This document shows positions 17,401 through 32,400 of a DNA stretch of 64,000 nucleotides, piece by piece. The notes under the pieces were generated by a model. That model did no database searches, was not told where the DNA came from, and saw nothing but the letters and a program-made list of their open reading frames with translations. Where the stretch lies: the NCBI GenBank assembly GCA_964016885.1, contig OZ024741.1, positions 357,988,001 through 358,052,000 of the forward strand, given 5' to 3'. The translations under genes were made by a program, and so were the position numbers. The stretch comes from Eledone cirrhosa. Its lineage: Eukaryota. Numbering within the stretch: the stretch's first letter is position 1; each line of letters starts with the position of its first letter.

Positions 17401-20400
17401 TTAAACATTAAATGAAACATAAAAATGAGAAAACTCATTGCTAGAACAGCTGTTAAAACAGCTAAATGTTGTCAGCAAGGGGCAAACATGCCCCAGAGGA
17501 CAGAGACCAGCGGCCAGTGGTCAACAGAGAGACAATCCACAAGAAGGGCAATGAAATATAGAATGGCTGCTGGTCTCTGTCCTCTGAAGCATTTTTGCCC
17601 ATTGCTGCCTTTGACAACATTTAGCTGTTTTAACAGCTGTTCTAGCAATGAGTTTTCTCATTTTTATATGTATTCAAATACACTCTCGTTTCATCTTGAT
17701 CAGAGACAACATTGTATTTTCATTAAATGAAACATATAAGCAGTGTATTTCATTAAAAATATGGTCACAAAAGAGTAAAAAGATATTTGGATAAAGGAAA
17801 ATTCTATAAAAATTGCTTACCAACGATATTGTTCAAATGTATTTAGCCATATATTATTGAGATAGAGAAGCTCAAACTACAAAGAAGCAGAAAAAATTTC
17901 CATTAGAGGGATTAAAAGAGAGAAAAGGCTTGTTACAATGTAGGTGACATGATGTCCACCACACCTATCTGTTTCTCATTGTCAATAGATTCCAGGCCAG
18001 TATCCTGTTGTCAATGTATGACATGAGGTCCACCACATTTTATCATTCCATGGGCCCCATAAGTCCAGCTTTGAAGCAAGTCATACTCGCCTCCAAAACC
18101 TAGAAGTATACACACACTGCACATCACAGCATGTATGTCACATCTGAACTGCTTGATAGATCACACTGAAACCTTTAACTAACTGTCTATATATTACAGC
18201 TTTACTTAGGTAGGGTTGAATACAGCTGCTGCTGCATTACTGCCTAACTATTTTGCATCTGCTTTTTATGCAGGCATGGGTTGGATAAGTTATTATGGTC
18301 TGAGTCTGTTCTTATTCAGAGTTACTGCTCTGCTAGATGGGCCATGGAGAGCATGTCATGTTCATACATTTCCACTTTGATGTAGTTTCTTATGGTTAGA
18401 TGCCCTTCAGGTGGGTTCTATGGCTGGATGCCCACTTCAGTAGGTGCAGTTTATCAGTTTATTGTGGTATCAGTGATAGAGAGGTTGTCATGTTACCATT
18501 GCCATTACAGCAGCAAAAACAGAGACAAAAATAAACCAAACAAGATAAAGATTGTGAGAATGCAGCAGATAAAGAAAATGTGTTTATCTTACCAATGTTT
18601 GATTAATATAATATTCTGCAATATATACCAAACACAGTGGGACCATGTACTTTAGAACTGCCTAGAAAATAGAAGGATGAAAACTATTTAAAACCTTTTA
18701 AATACCAAAGTATCTGAAACTGTACCTGGTTTAATGGTACAGGCATGATGTGTTTAGTGCTTTTTTCTTTCGTTTGTACCAAAAAATCTCTCTATCTATC
18801 TATATATAAGAAAAAATGATTTAAAAAAAAAAAGGTTTGAAAAGTGCACCTGGTATATATATAAAAAGGATCTTTATAACATGTACAAAAAAAATGTTAG
18901 TAAAGCTTGCTTTCTCGGTTTTGGATGATCAAAACATTTGTTGTTAGGTTAAATTGTTCTTTCATTAAAACTCCTGCATATATACATTTCTTTCCCCTTT
19001 GGTTGTTGTTGCTGTTATCTTTTATAGTAGTAGCATGTATACCGTACAATGTTATTGATGGTGTTTCCCTTTATTAACGTGTGTCCACTCTGATGAAATG
19101 AGTCTCTCCTACATCATTCAGTGTATGGTGTACCTCAAATAATTGGGAGTGTGTATCAGGAGCAAGGAAGGTGAGAGTTTGTGGGAAATGAGTATGCAAG
19201 TTGGACATGGAAAAGGTGAGTGAGATATTTAGTTGGTGGGAGGCAGCTATTAAGACTAGTGTCTTCTATATGTTTGTTTCATCTTGTGAACATTGGAAAG
19301 AAGGTCTTATGCAATACAGCATAATGCTAGAGATCTAAATCCTGTGCCATCTCCTTTCAGAGGTTTATATGTGCAAGATTGGCCTTTTCCTAGGTCTGCC
19401 TCTTCCATAATTTCTGTTGACTTTGAGTGCCTTGCATCTTTTTATACAGCTGTCATCCACCATATTCATCACATGTTCATACCACTGCAATCTCCAATCC
19501 TGCACACTGCATCTGACTCCTCTTATACCCAGTTTCTCTCTTAGTTCATTGATGCTATTACACATCCATCGAAACATGCCAGCTTCATTTCTTTCCAATC
19601 TTCATAGGCTCTCTGCACACAGTGTCCAGGTTTCCCTTTTTAGCAGAATACTGGATTGATGTATATATATATTGTAAAGGAGCTTTTCATGCCTAAATAC
19701 TCCTGCGTCGAAAGTCACCAGTTTTAACAGGATGGTTTTAAGAGTAGATGTATCACCACTAAGTATTGAGGTTAGGCTGTAAGTCTCAGGTTCTGTTGCT
19801 GCCGTGATAATACCTCTGGAAGGAATCCTTCCATATCACATTTAAAGGCATTGCTGTGGTAACAGTTTGGTAGTAAGATGTTAGGAATATTGACAACGAC
19901 TTTTGCTTGTTTTACATTATTTATTAATAAGGTTGAGCTGAATGGAGCTGAATAGCTGAGTAGCTGGCATGCCAAGAGAGATAAAACAAACAAATTAAGA
20001 ATTTAGGAGGCATGGTCTACTGGCTGAAGTGTTGCCAGGCCGTGGTTAAGTTGTTGTGTTACATTTTGGCTAGTGATTTCACAACGAAAGAAAGTTAGGT
20101 GTTTACCTTTCAACAGTCAGGATGCGAGAGGTAGATTTCTCAAATCCATGCGGGAATTTTTCCCTCAGGGCGCGTAGGGATACATTCTCTTCTACTGGCG
20201 CTGATTGGCTGAGCTGAGCCAAATCACGCACAGAGAATGTATGTGAGCCCGCGGAATGTAGGTCACTACAATACTCCCTCTCTAGTCGTAAGACGATACA
20301 GATTATTGAATCAGCAGGGAAAAATGCTGAAAGAGCACATCATTGAGAAAATAATTGAACAGAAGAATGCATGCAAGAAGAAAAATGAGACGCTAAGGGC

Positions 20401-23400
20401 CGTGTTGAGCCGCTGTGTCAAATGACTAGCTGTTTTGTAGTTTATACGTGACCACCAAGGGTCTAACAGAAAACGGATAAAGTCTGACATGAACGAAGTT
20501 GCCGTTCTTGCATTAAATGTTAATGGTAAGTGCTGTACCAGTAGCTGTGGGTGAAGCTGTTATGGTAGTTTACCAGTGCTGGCAAGAAGATGGTGCTGTA
20601 GCAAGAGTTGCTTCCCTTGTTGTGACGATCACATCACCAATAGATTAACGCTCTCTAGACAGGAAGTAGCTGGAGTTACTTGCCGTTGGGGTGGCAGAAC
20701 CCTTTTTGTCACTTCCATCTTGAGACCCTATAAAAGGGATACTCAGAGCGATCTCTCTCTCATTTGCCCTTTCGGCTGCTGGCCTTCGGCCAGGCGCGTT
20801 CACTGAGTCTCTACTCTCTGGCAACCCTATCATGGTCTCTTGCGAGCTAACTTCAAAACGGTAACAAATAACTTTACTTCATATTTCATCTACTCTTGAT
20901 ATATCAACAATTCTATACTACATAACTTCAACTTGTTAATTAAACTTTATATACACAACCGAGCATCTTTGTTATATTCATACACACCAGTATTTTGTTA
21001 TAAGTGGTGACCCCGAAAAAAGAAAAAAGTGATAGGATCTGGTGTTGTGTGAATATATATAAAAAAATTAATTAGCAGTGCCCCATTTTCGTTGGAATGT
21101 GTCGACCAACATTTCGAATACGCAGCAAACTTTATTAACAAAGACACAGAAACGAACACACGCACATGTGAAATTCTCGTTCAGACAGACTCTTCTTCTC
21201 TCACCTAACGTGATATTTTTTTTTTCGGACTAAGAAATCCCTCCGACCTCCTTAGACAAGGATTTCTCTCCGCATACGAACACATCAGAAAAGAAATTTT
21301 TTCTCAGCAAGCAAAATAAACAGAAAATTTTGCCTTTCACGCACGTGTCGCACATCAACTATGTGTCGCATTCCACTGGATGTATATATGTTTTTCGTTT
21401 CTTCTTACAACGAATATTTAAAAAAAAAAAAGAAATTTGATATTTTTTTTTTACACATTTCAACATGAACATTTACTTTCGCTGAATCTCAACTATTGCT
21501 TATTCTTTCCGCCAAGCTTTTTTCATCGTTCACATAAAAGTTGAACTCGCCATATTTGTTATACCAAGTGAAGCCTTTCTTTCTGTTTCATCATATTATC
21601 ACATTCACACACAAGGTTTTCAAAATGGCTGCCAACAACCTTGTTTCAGCATGTGTGGGCAGTACACATCTCGACTCACTGAGATACCACACGCCATAGA
21701 AATATTTTTTTTTCAACTTGACTTTAACCTTGTTTCGGCACGTGTGGGCAGCACACATCTCGACTCACAGAGATACCACACACCATAGATAATGTTTCTT
21801 GCCAAGGATTCTCCAGCCTTAAGCTATATTCTCCTATTTGCCGGCTTAAAAATTTACCACGTAAATTTGCCGTTGAAAACTGTGCATTTATTCAGAATGC
21901 TTATTTCTTTGGTCGCTGGCCTCTTGACCCTTCCAGGTCAACGCATTCTCAACATCGACCATCAACTTTGGCTGTTATTTCTAGCACTTTGCGTAACTCA
22001 TTTTTTCTGGGAAAATTTTTACTGTGAATTTAAACATCGAATACTCTCACTCTGCGAGACAACAACATCAACACAGCTTCATCAACAACCAAAACCAGCA
22101 GAACAAGCCAGAGGTATTATTTTTGCAGCACTCTTCCTGTGAGAAAATCCCTTCGGAGGTTGGAAATTTCACGTTATACCACTGACCAGAGACCACCTGC
22201 ATACATTGTCTGGAGGACACACTTTCTTTCCTGCTGTCATGTGATTGCACACCTGTGAACTGTATTTTGAACATTTGAACTTTGACCTCTTCTTTTACTT
22301 TGATTACATTGTATCTTTGAGTGATGGATAGATAGATGTCCAGTCGTTCTCTGGCCAAGAGCGGTTGGCTACCTTGATATCTATCATTGATTTTTGCATG
22401 CATATATTTTGCTGTTTTCCTTTTATTGCAAACATTATTTTTTTCGTAATTTTCATGCCTGGACTTTGGTGTTACAACATGCTCGCCATCTTACTTCATA
22501 CATGGTTCATTCGATTTTTATGTTTTAAAAATCTAGCGGGAGATAATGTAGCAAGAGTTGTCTCCCTTGTTGTGACGATCACATCACCAATAGATTAACG
22601 CTCTCTAGACAGGAAGTAGCTGGAGTTACTTCCCGTTGGGGTGGCAGAACCCTTTTTGTCACTTCCGTCTTGAGACCCTATAAAAGGGATACTCAGAGCG
22701 ATCTCTCTCTCATTTGCCCTTTCAGCTGCTGGCCTTCGGCCAGGCGCGTTCGCCAAGTCTCTACTCTCTGGCAACCCTATCATGGTCTCTTGCGAGCTAA
22801 CTTCAAAACGGTAACAAATAACTTTACTTCATATTTCATCTAATCTTGACATGTCAACAATTCTATACTACATAACTTCAACTTGTTAATTAAACTTAGT
22901 CTCCTGTTATATTCATACAATCCAGCATTTTGTTATAGTGCTGTTCATGCTTTACCAGAGCTGTATAGCTGTTATGGTAAGTGTAGCAAAGCTGGCAAGA
23001 AGATGATGAGAAAATGTCGGCCTCCCAGATGTATTGCCGAAAGTGCTAGGCTGGTTGCTTTGAAAAGAAAAAATCAAGTTGAATCTGTAGGTGGGTAGTA
23101 GTTGAAATGTAAATTCCATAATTCTGACGAATCCATAGAAATGGTGGAAATGCTGACAGGTCCAGTTCCATTTGTTGTTTTCCCAGTGAGTCGGGTAAAG
23201 TAACAAGATGGAGGCTGCTATGCTATAGGACGATGAGTGTGCAGCGAGATGCGAACTGTTTGAATCCAGCTGCAATTAGCATTCTCGTGTTGCAGTGCCT
23301 GTTTGAGTTCAGGTGAACCAAGCTGCAAAGTATCGACAGCATGTTTGGTGTCTCCACAAAGTGAGAAGGGATCTCACAGAATATTACTACGTTTGAATAT

Positions 23401-26400
23401 CATATACTAAGAACAACATGTTGGTGTGTGTCAAAGAAATGTGTGTGCATATGCAGGCATGTAATACAGCAAATAATGTGTGGGTGCAGTCATATATATA
23501 ATGATAGAGAGAAAAAAAAATGAATTTTCATATAATACAGTTTTAGCTGAATACTGGGTTGATGTATATATATATTGTAAAGGAGCTTTTCATGCCTAAA
23601 TACTCCTGCGTCGAAAGTCACCAGTTTTAACAAGATGGTTTTAAGAGTAGATGTATCACCACAAAGTATTGAGGTTAGGCTGTAAGTCTCAGGTTCTGTT
23701 GCTGCCGTGATAATACCTCTGGAAGGAATCCTTCCATATCACATTTAAAGGCATTGCTGTGGTAACAGTTTGGTAGTAAGATGTTAGGAATATTGACGAC
23801 TTTTGCTTGTTTTACATTATTTATTAATAAGGTTGAGCTGAGTAGCTGAATACTGAGTAGCTGGCATGCCAAGAGAGATAAAACAAACGAATTAAGAATT
23901 CAGGAGGCATGGTCTACTGGCTGAAGTGTGGCCAGGCCGTGGTTAAGTTTAAACAAAGAATCGCTGCTTTCACCCTTAACGGGATCTTCTGAAACTATCA
24001 TCATCATCACCACCGTTTTACGTCTATTTTTCCACACTAGCATGGGTTATATGAGTTGTCCTGTTGTGGGCAATGCTAGGTCAGGTGACCATGTCTTGCT
24101 CACACAGAACTGATTCTGGCTTGATTTCTACAGCTGGATGCTATTCCTAACACCAATCTCATTTACAGTGAGTACTGGGTGCCTTTTGACGTGACGCCCA
24201 CACAACCACTTCAAAGTATGGACTGGATGCTTTTGTGGTGACACCTACATGACCACTTTACAGCGGGCTGGGCACTTTTTGCCATGTCACCATCATGACT
24301 ACTTTGCAGTGTGGGCTGGACGCTTCACTGGATGCATTTACTTCGGCCTGACCTCATGTGGGTGTATGGGAGGGTGGGTTGGGGCATACTGTATATATGC
24401 TTCAGCTTGTGCTGGTGGGCATATGGGTCTTCTGTATTACCGTGTATTGTCAGAGATCTCGGTCCTGTGTCATTACCTTTGAGAGATGTGATTGGGGAAG
24501 GTTGGCTATTTAGATATATTTCCATTTATAACTCTTTCAAATTTAGACATACAAACATAAACATATACACACAGTGCATTTCCCATCTCAGTCATGTTGC
24601 TATAATAAAAAGTTCACTTTCCAATCCTTTGGGTTTTAACCTTATGTTTGTCCTTGCAAATAATCATTTCTATTATTTATGCTGAACATTTATGTAATTA
24701 TATACTAGAAATGAACTAGTAAAATATTCTTATCTTTACTCACTTCCATGTATCAGGAATCGATATAAACAGTAGGGTTTCTCTTATGCAAGCCATAAAC
24801 TTATTCAAACACTAATTGCCTACTTTGTATTATTGTTCACATATACAGTAATCCTGATATATATGGTATACTAATCCTGGATGTCAAAGATTTTCAATAA
24901 TATTGCTGTTATTATTGATAGCATTGGTCTGTTAGAAAAATAAATAAAATATATATAGCAATGAAAAATTTTTACCCGAATTCTGATGAGTTTTTCTCTT
25001 GTATCAAGTATAAGTCTGGGTGGTGTTGCTGAAAACAGAAAGGATATTGATTTTTCAAGCAATACAACACCAAAAATTATTCAATATTCTAATATTGAAT
25101 TATTATTGGTGTTGTGCTGAGTTACTATTAAGACTATTATGGCCATTCTCTAGTATGTATGACTTAGTTTACAAATTGTCAGCAACCCTTGCTAGCAGGG
25201 TAAATGAATATTAAATAATAATACTAAGAAAAAGCTAAAAAAAAAGAAACAATACTCCTTGAAGTTATTGTTATTTGTTATTTAACTCTGGCCTAATGGT
25301 TAGGGTATTTGACTCATGGCCATGAAGTCATGAGTTCGACTCCAGGAGTCATTCATTTCACATTGCTCCATTCCATTCAGCTGAAAAGAAATGAATACCA
25401 GCTACAGCACCAGCTGAGGATTAAATCTGTGAAGGATTGGTGTTCCATCCAGTTGGGAGACATACTCTCAGTCAATAAATGCCAAGGAAATTGGGATAAG
25501 CTTGGGAAAGTCTTTAACTTTTTAACCATGTTAGCTCTCATAGAGCAGATTGTGATCAAAGCTGTTCCAGCCATGACCATCCCATCATTTTTTCATTCAT
25601 TAACCCTGGTTTTATGATACAAAACTATTTATTCTAAAGTGTATATATTTATTATTAAAAAAATATCCTAGCATAATTTTATGTAAGAGCCTTTGATGTG
25701 ATATATTTCAAACACTAAATGAATAATAAGAAAGTTAGTTATATTACTAATCCATTCAATAAGGGTTAATTATTAGTTACTTACAGTTTACTAGTATCTG
25801 TTGAGAAAATTCACTTCCAACTGTTTGTAACACCGGAGGTTTCTTTAATAGGATGAAGTAACTAAAAACAATTATAGAAGAAATACAGACTTAGCTTACA
25901 ATATTTAGATTATGAATTAATATTCCAGACTAATTATCCTTTAGTATTTAGTTGTGTCATTCTACACATCTATATTTCATACCAGAGTACCCAGTCCACC
26001 CTGTAAGGTGAAAGCACTGGTGCCATAACAGATTTTTGTTAAATAATGTTTCAAACATCAGCTTACCAATAAAAAAGTTAGATGTTTTACTAAATTCCTC
26101 AAAATTATTTGAAATACATTGGTAGTTTATTTTAATAGATATATGGTAACGAAAGGGTTAAAAATATAATTACATTATTAAATCTTTCCAAATCCTTGAT
26201 GATTTTCAAAATTAATTAAGAATCATAGGCAGTATCTTTCATTATAAATATGGTAATGAAAAGTTTAAAGCTAACTAAGATTTTAATATTATCTCTATAC
26301 AGTGACAAAATATGCATGCAAGAAAGTGTAGGGATGCTGTATTGACATTCAGCATTTCTAGGGCATTTTAAAACCTGATAGAGCCCAATCCTCTCCAGGT

Positions 26401-29400
26401 CTGAATACAGCAGATTTCTTTCAGAGAAGGATAGAAGGTAAAAGAGTGGCTGTGAGAAAGAGATATAGAGAAAGAATCGACCCTCCATCAAGCATCTACC
26501 ATACTCTGAACGCCTTGCTTCCCTGGGCATGGATACATTGAAGCTCCGACGCCTGGCAACTGACTTGGTAAACACCCACAAAATTGTTAACCCTCTTGCC
26601 AACAACAACCCTGAGTACCTTTTTGATTTCCATGTGTCTAACACACGTGGGCATGCCCACAAAGTCAGAAAACAGCACAGTTCCCATGACTTTCGGAAAC
26701 ATTTTTTCACGCTCAGAGTTGCTGAAGCATGGAACAAACTACCTGCATCAGTTGTTAGCTGTCGAGACACTGCATCCTTTAAAACCTCCATGCTTCCCGA
26801 GATTCGCCAACATTACACCTAATGTTCCCCTCCATACACATACACACATGTATATCATGACTCATACACAATTCACTTCCCTGACATTTGTATATTATTC
26901 TATGTACTATACATGCACCTTTGACGAGTTGTAGTGCACCTGAACACTGTACACAATAATTTCATTATTATTATTATTATTATTATTTGACTGGTACTTT
27001 TTAATCAACCTCGAATGGATGAAAGGCAAAGTTGTCTTCAGTGGGATTTGAACGTAGAGAACAGAGAGCCAAAATGAATACCACAAAGCATTCTATCTGA
27101 TGTTCTAATGATTCTGCCAATTCACCGCCTGATAAAATATACAAGAAGCCAAAAAATAGAAACAAAAAATGAATTTAACCTGAATGTAAAAATTCCAGGA
27201 ACGATGAGCATAATCAGTATTGTGTTACGAGGAGAGAGATTAAGCATGGTTAGTCCTGCATAAGAAAGAGCACCAAAGACACCAGCACCTCCAGTTCCAG
27301 ATGACCATGCTGAGACACTATTCCTGGAAAACAAAAGGTATATCAAAAATATTGCACACTATTAAATGTAATAAGTAAAATAATTAAAGCACTCTTAACT
27401 CCTGATGGAGTCATAGGTGTGCTGTTCTTAGGCATTTAAAAAACCTGTTGGAGCCCATCCCTCCCTCTCTTTCTCATATATATATGTATAGCAAGAGAGA
27501 GAGAGAGAGAGGGGGGGGGGGCAATTGACCCTGGTACTTTATTTATCAACCTTGAAAGGATGAAAGGCAAAGTTAACTTTAGCCAGATTTGAACGCATTG
27601 AGCGAGAACAAATACCAAGGTATTTTTAATCTGATGCTCTAACAACTCTGCCAATTCATCACTCCATTAAAATAATAGATATGACAATTAAAAAGTTTTT
27701 AAAAGAAACTAAAATGCTATAAAATAGGATTTTTCTTAATGAGATTATTATTTGGGATACAAAAGAAAAGTAGGCAAATGTTTTAGCTATGCCATCATTA
27801 TTTAATGTCTGCTCTTTCATGGTAAATATTGAAATGAGGTAGTGCTGGTACCACGATAAAATATACCTAGTGCATGCTGTAAAATGGTGTTAGGAAGAGC
27901 ATCCAGCCATAGAAACCAAGCCAAAATGGAAACTCTGAGTAAGATATGGTCACCTGATTGGTCTAGCCTCAGAACGTGACAAACTGCCTAACCCATACAA
28001 GCATGGAGAATAGATGTTAAACAGTGATGATGATGATACATTGAATAGAGTTGTGGCATGATAGATAAGATATAGGTTGAAATCCAGACCCAAAATATGT
28101 ATATATGTAAATAGAGATAGCAAAGATGAGGTTAGTAGTCTGCAAAATTTAAACTTTAGTGTATGATCTGATTAGTTAAGAGAATCACAGATAATGCCTT
28201 TTTTTCTCTCATCCTTATATAGCACAAAATCACTTTTGATGAATACTTACTTGTGGAAAAATGAAGTTAAGCTTAGGAATGTGACTTCTCCCAAACCAGA
28301 ACTAAAGCTGGCAAAACACACACCTGTCCAAATAGAAACACATAATTAAATAGTATCCATATATATCATCATCAGGTGGCATGGGTTGGATGTATAAGAG
28401 GAATCAGGTGTAGTGTGCAAGACTACATCTGAAGATTACATTGGTATGGACATGTGGGTACATAAAAGATGTAGTGGGATCACAGGTAAGCTATCTAAGA
28501 ACGTAGACTTTATATGTGGCCGATGCTCTGGTGCAATAAGTAGCAAGTGCGCACAGGATATTAGCTCCTTCTATTGCCCAGATGGTTCTATAGAAATAGT
28601 GCACACCTTCCGTTACCTGGGTGACAAAATCAGCAGTGGTGGAGGGTGCTCTGAAAGTACAGTAGCTAGAGTCAGAACGGGATGGAAAAAGTTTAGAGAG
28701 CTTATACCACTATTGGCCACTAAAGGTTTCTCTCTAAAAATGAAAGGCAGATTGTACAATGCCTGCATACGAACAGCAATGTTACATGGCAGTGAGATAT
28801 GGGCATTGTGTGCAGAGGACCTGCGTAGACTGGAGAGGAACGAAGCATGCATGCTCCGTTGGATGTGTAATAGTAATATACGCGGACGGCAAAGCATAAA
28901 CGAACTAAGTGAGAAATTAGGAAAAAGAGGGATCAGATGCTGTTTACTCGAGAGAAGACTACGTTGGTATGGTCACATGCTGCGCATGAAAGACGACAAC
29001 TGTATAAAAAAGTGCAGGGCGATCAAAATTGATGGAAGTTACGGAGTAGGTAAACCCAGAAAAACCTGGGACGATTTGCTAAATTCCGACCTTACACACT
29101 TACACCTCTCTAAGACAATGTCACTGGACTGAGATCTTTGGCGCTACACAGTGACACAGAAGACCCGCCTTGCCTATGTACAAAGCGAAACCTACAGTCA
29201 GTAGGCACCTCTTAACAAAATATACCCCCCCCCCACTCCCACCAACACCACCCTTTCTCTGTAAAGTTATGTTGGTACCACAACATCCAGTCCTAAATAA
29301 ATGAAGTCGTGTAGGTGTCACAACAAAAAACACACACTCCACGCTGTAATGTGGCCATGTAGGTAACACGGTAAAAACCTCCCAGTCCAAACTGTAAACG

Positions 29401-32400
29401 TGGTTGGTGTTAGGAAGCCGTAGAAAACCTGCCAGACAGTCCTATACGAGCGAGACATGGTCACCCGACCAATCTTGCCTCAAGTGGGACAATTCCTGTC
29501 TAAACCCATGCTAGCGTGGAAGATAGACATTAAACGATGATGATGATGATGATGGGATATGCATGAATGGTGATTGTTGGGTGAATAAGTGTCAAGAAAT
29601 TTCAGTGGAAGGAAGGCCAAGGAAGACCTGAGCAGAGGTGGTAAGAGCTGATCTCAAATCACTGAAACTCACAGTGGAGATGATGAAAGATCGCGACATG
29701 TGGCGAGATGATGTGCTGAAAAGGACCCATGCAAACATGGAAAAATGGACGTAAAAACGATGACGAGAACAGATGGATTGGAGTGACCCATCTTGGTCAT
29801 ACATTCTATATTTGGCATGCTTTCAATGGCTTTATGTCCTTCTGAACACCAATGATCTTATAGTGTGTACTGGGTGTGCTTTTTTGTAACACAACCACTA
29901 TCACTTTAGAGTGTGTACTGGGTGTGTTTTATGATGTCACAAATACTATAAAGAGATACAGTAATGTTGAAGTTGCCTTGAATTATTGAGTATTCTGTCA
30001 GAAGGACTTCAGCAATAAAACACAATACATCATATTCTATTACATGGGAGCTAGTTCCACAACTTCCAGTGTTGGTGAGTGAATTAAGTAATTTTTCGGT
30101 TTTCTTGCTTTGTTTGCAAGGGCATTGTATGATGTGTATATACGAACAGCAATGTTACATGGTAGTGAGACCTGGGTGTTGTGTGCTACGCAATTTATCT
30201 GGCTAGTTTTTAATTTGTCATACTGTCAAACAGTTGTACAAGTATGGCTGTAGTGATCCTAACCTGATTAGTTGTCTCTCACCCATCTGTATATGTTTAC
30301 AATAATTTATTATTTCATCATTTTCAGTCATAACCTAAAGGTTTTGGTATGGTTTTCTTTGGAACTGACAGTTCTTCAACATGCAAGTAATGATAGCTAT
30401 GAAATATATCATTATTGAAAGCACTAGGATTCAGAGAGTGGATGATGAGCATTATTGTATATTAATTTGTAACTGTATCTGTTAAATAAAATGTTCATCT
30501 TTACTGATCTATGTTTAATTTTCATTCTCTATATAATACATGGTATAGGTATTTTAAGAATTCTAAAATACAGATCAAACAGATTGTGCTTTAGGAGTGT
30601 ATGAATTTGTATCTGTTAAATAAATATCCTTCTTTACTTTTCATTATGTTATATTTCATTTATATATTTAGCCTGTATCCAAAAATCTGGAAAAACCTCT
30701 AATCCCAAGCTTGCTGGATAAATAGTTTGGTAGTTGTAATATGCTGTTGAGAATAGTAAAAATCAATAATTACCAATAATGCTGAACACAACATTAGAAG
30801 CTGTTGAAACTACTATGAAACTGATAGTGGTTGCAGTGATGATTATTACCACCTTTAAGCTGAAATATTAAAAAGATTATTTATAACATTAACTACATTC
30901 ATTAATAATGTTTCATTAAATTTATTAGAGATGGCACCACGCAGTAATACAGAAGACCTGCCTTGCCTATGTACAAAGCAAAACCTACAGTCAGTAGGCA
31001 CCTCTTAACCAAATGTACAACCAAATCCACTACCCTACTCCATCCTCCCATTCCCACCAACACCACCCTTTCTCTGTAAAGTTGGTACCACAACATGCAG
31101 TGCAAATAAATGAGATAATGAGACCGAGATCGTGTAGGTGTCACGACAAAAACACACAGTCCACGCTGTAATGTCGCCGTGTAGGTAACACAGTAAAAAG
31201 TTCCCAGTTCCACACTGTAAACGTGGTTGGTGTTAGGAAGGGCATCCAGCCGTAGAAAAACCTGCCAGATAGTCCCTTTATGAGTGAAACATGGTCACCT
31301 GACCAACCTTGCCCCAAATTGGGACAACCCCCGTCCATGCTAGCATGGAAGATAGACGTAAGATGATGATGATGATGATAGAGGAATCCAGTTTTATTAT
31401 ATTTACTCCAAATATGCAACATCAATCGCATTTAGTACTTATTTCATGTTGTTAAGCAAGTGAGAGATATCTTTCCCTGGAGAGGATGCTCATCTAAAAT
31501 GGAGCTGAGCATTAGATAGGATGGAGAAATCTAAGTTTCCATTAGTCTTTCCATTGCTGTTACTCTCTGCCAGTTGTAACTTCTGGCAGAAGCATTTTTT
31601 AAAACAATTCTGCCAATCCACTGCTGTGGACTGGTTGTTTATTTTATCGACCTTGAATAGATGAAATGCAAAGTTAATTTGAACACACAGAGAGCCAGAA
31701 GAAATATTACAAGATATTCTATCCAATGCCCTAATGACTCTGCTAATTCAACATCTATAAAGAGTAAATATGGTCAATGTGTATCTGAGTAACATTAGGG
31801 TGTAGTTATGGTGACAATTCTATGTATGGCAGTGGTTAAGACCAAGGAGGTCTTGTGATTTTACAGAAAAATTTACAAAAAAGCGAAACAAAAAACTAGA
31901 CATATTTATAAATATTATTTTTTGTTCCAGATTGAAAACGTTTCTTTCACATTTTAATCCTATAAGTTTTGCTCTTTTATCATGTTGTGAAACTACTGTT
32001 CAAAAAATACACAATAAAAGAAAATCTAATTCTAACTCATATTTGTATCAATTTTGCAAGACTTTTGATTTGTTAAGTACAACAGATATCGTTGTATTTT
32101 GGGTGGGTCATATTGCCAATCAAAAACACACACAAAGGGTGTGTTCCATTTTAGTTTTACTAACCAATTAAATAATTAATTCATAAATTGGATCATCAAA
32201 GTTTTTTTATCATACACAACCTGTGATCTTTCATCACACTTTTATACAATGAACTAATTATCTAATTGATTAATAAAACTGAAGGCGCATGGCTTAGTGG
32301 ATAGAGCATTGTGCTTGCAATCAAAAGGTTGTGAGTTCAATTCTCGGACCGGGTGATGTGTTGTTTCCTTGAGCAAGACACTTTATTTCACATTGCTCCA

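Noticed and set aside
24740-24800. GTGAGT donor-like site as a CLN3 exon
   Set aside because: No CLN3-like frame; exon 24976-25028 already bridges the phases.
32282-32360. tRNA-like sequences with A/B boxes
   Set aside because: Heads of SINEs continuing into SINE body and tail; no proper acceptor stem.
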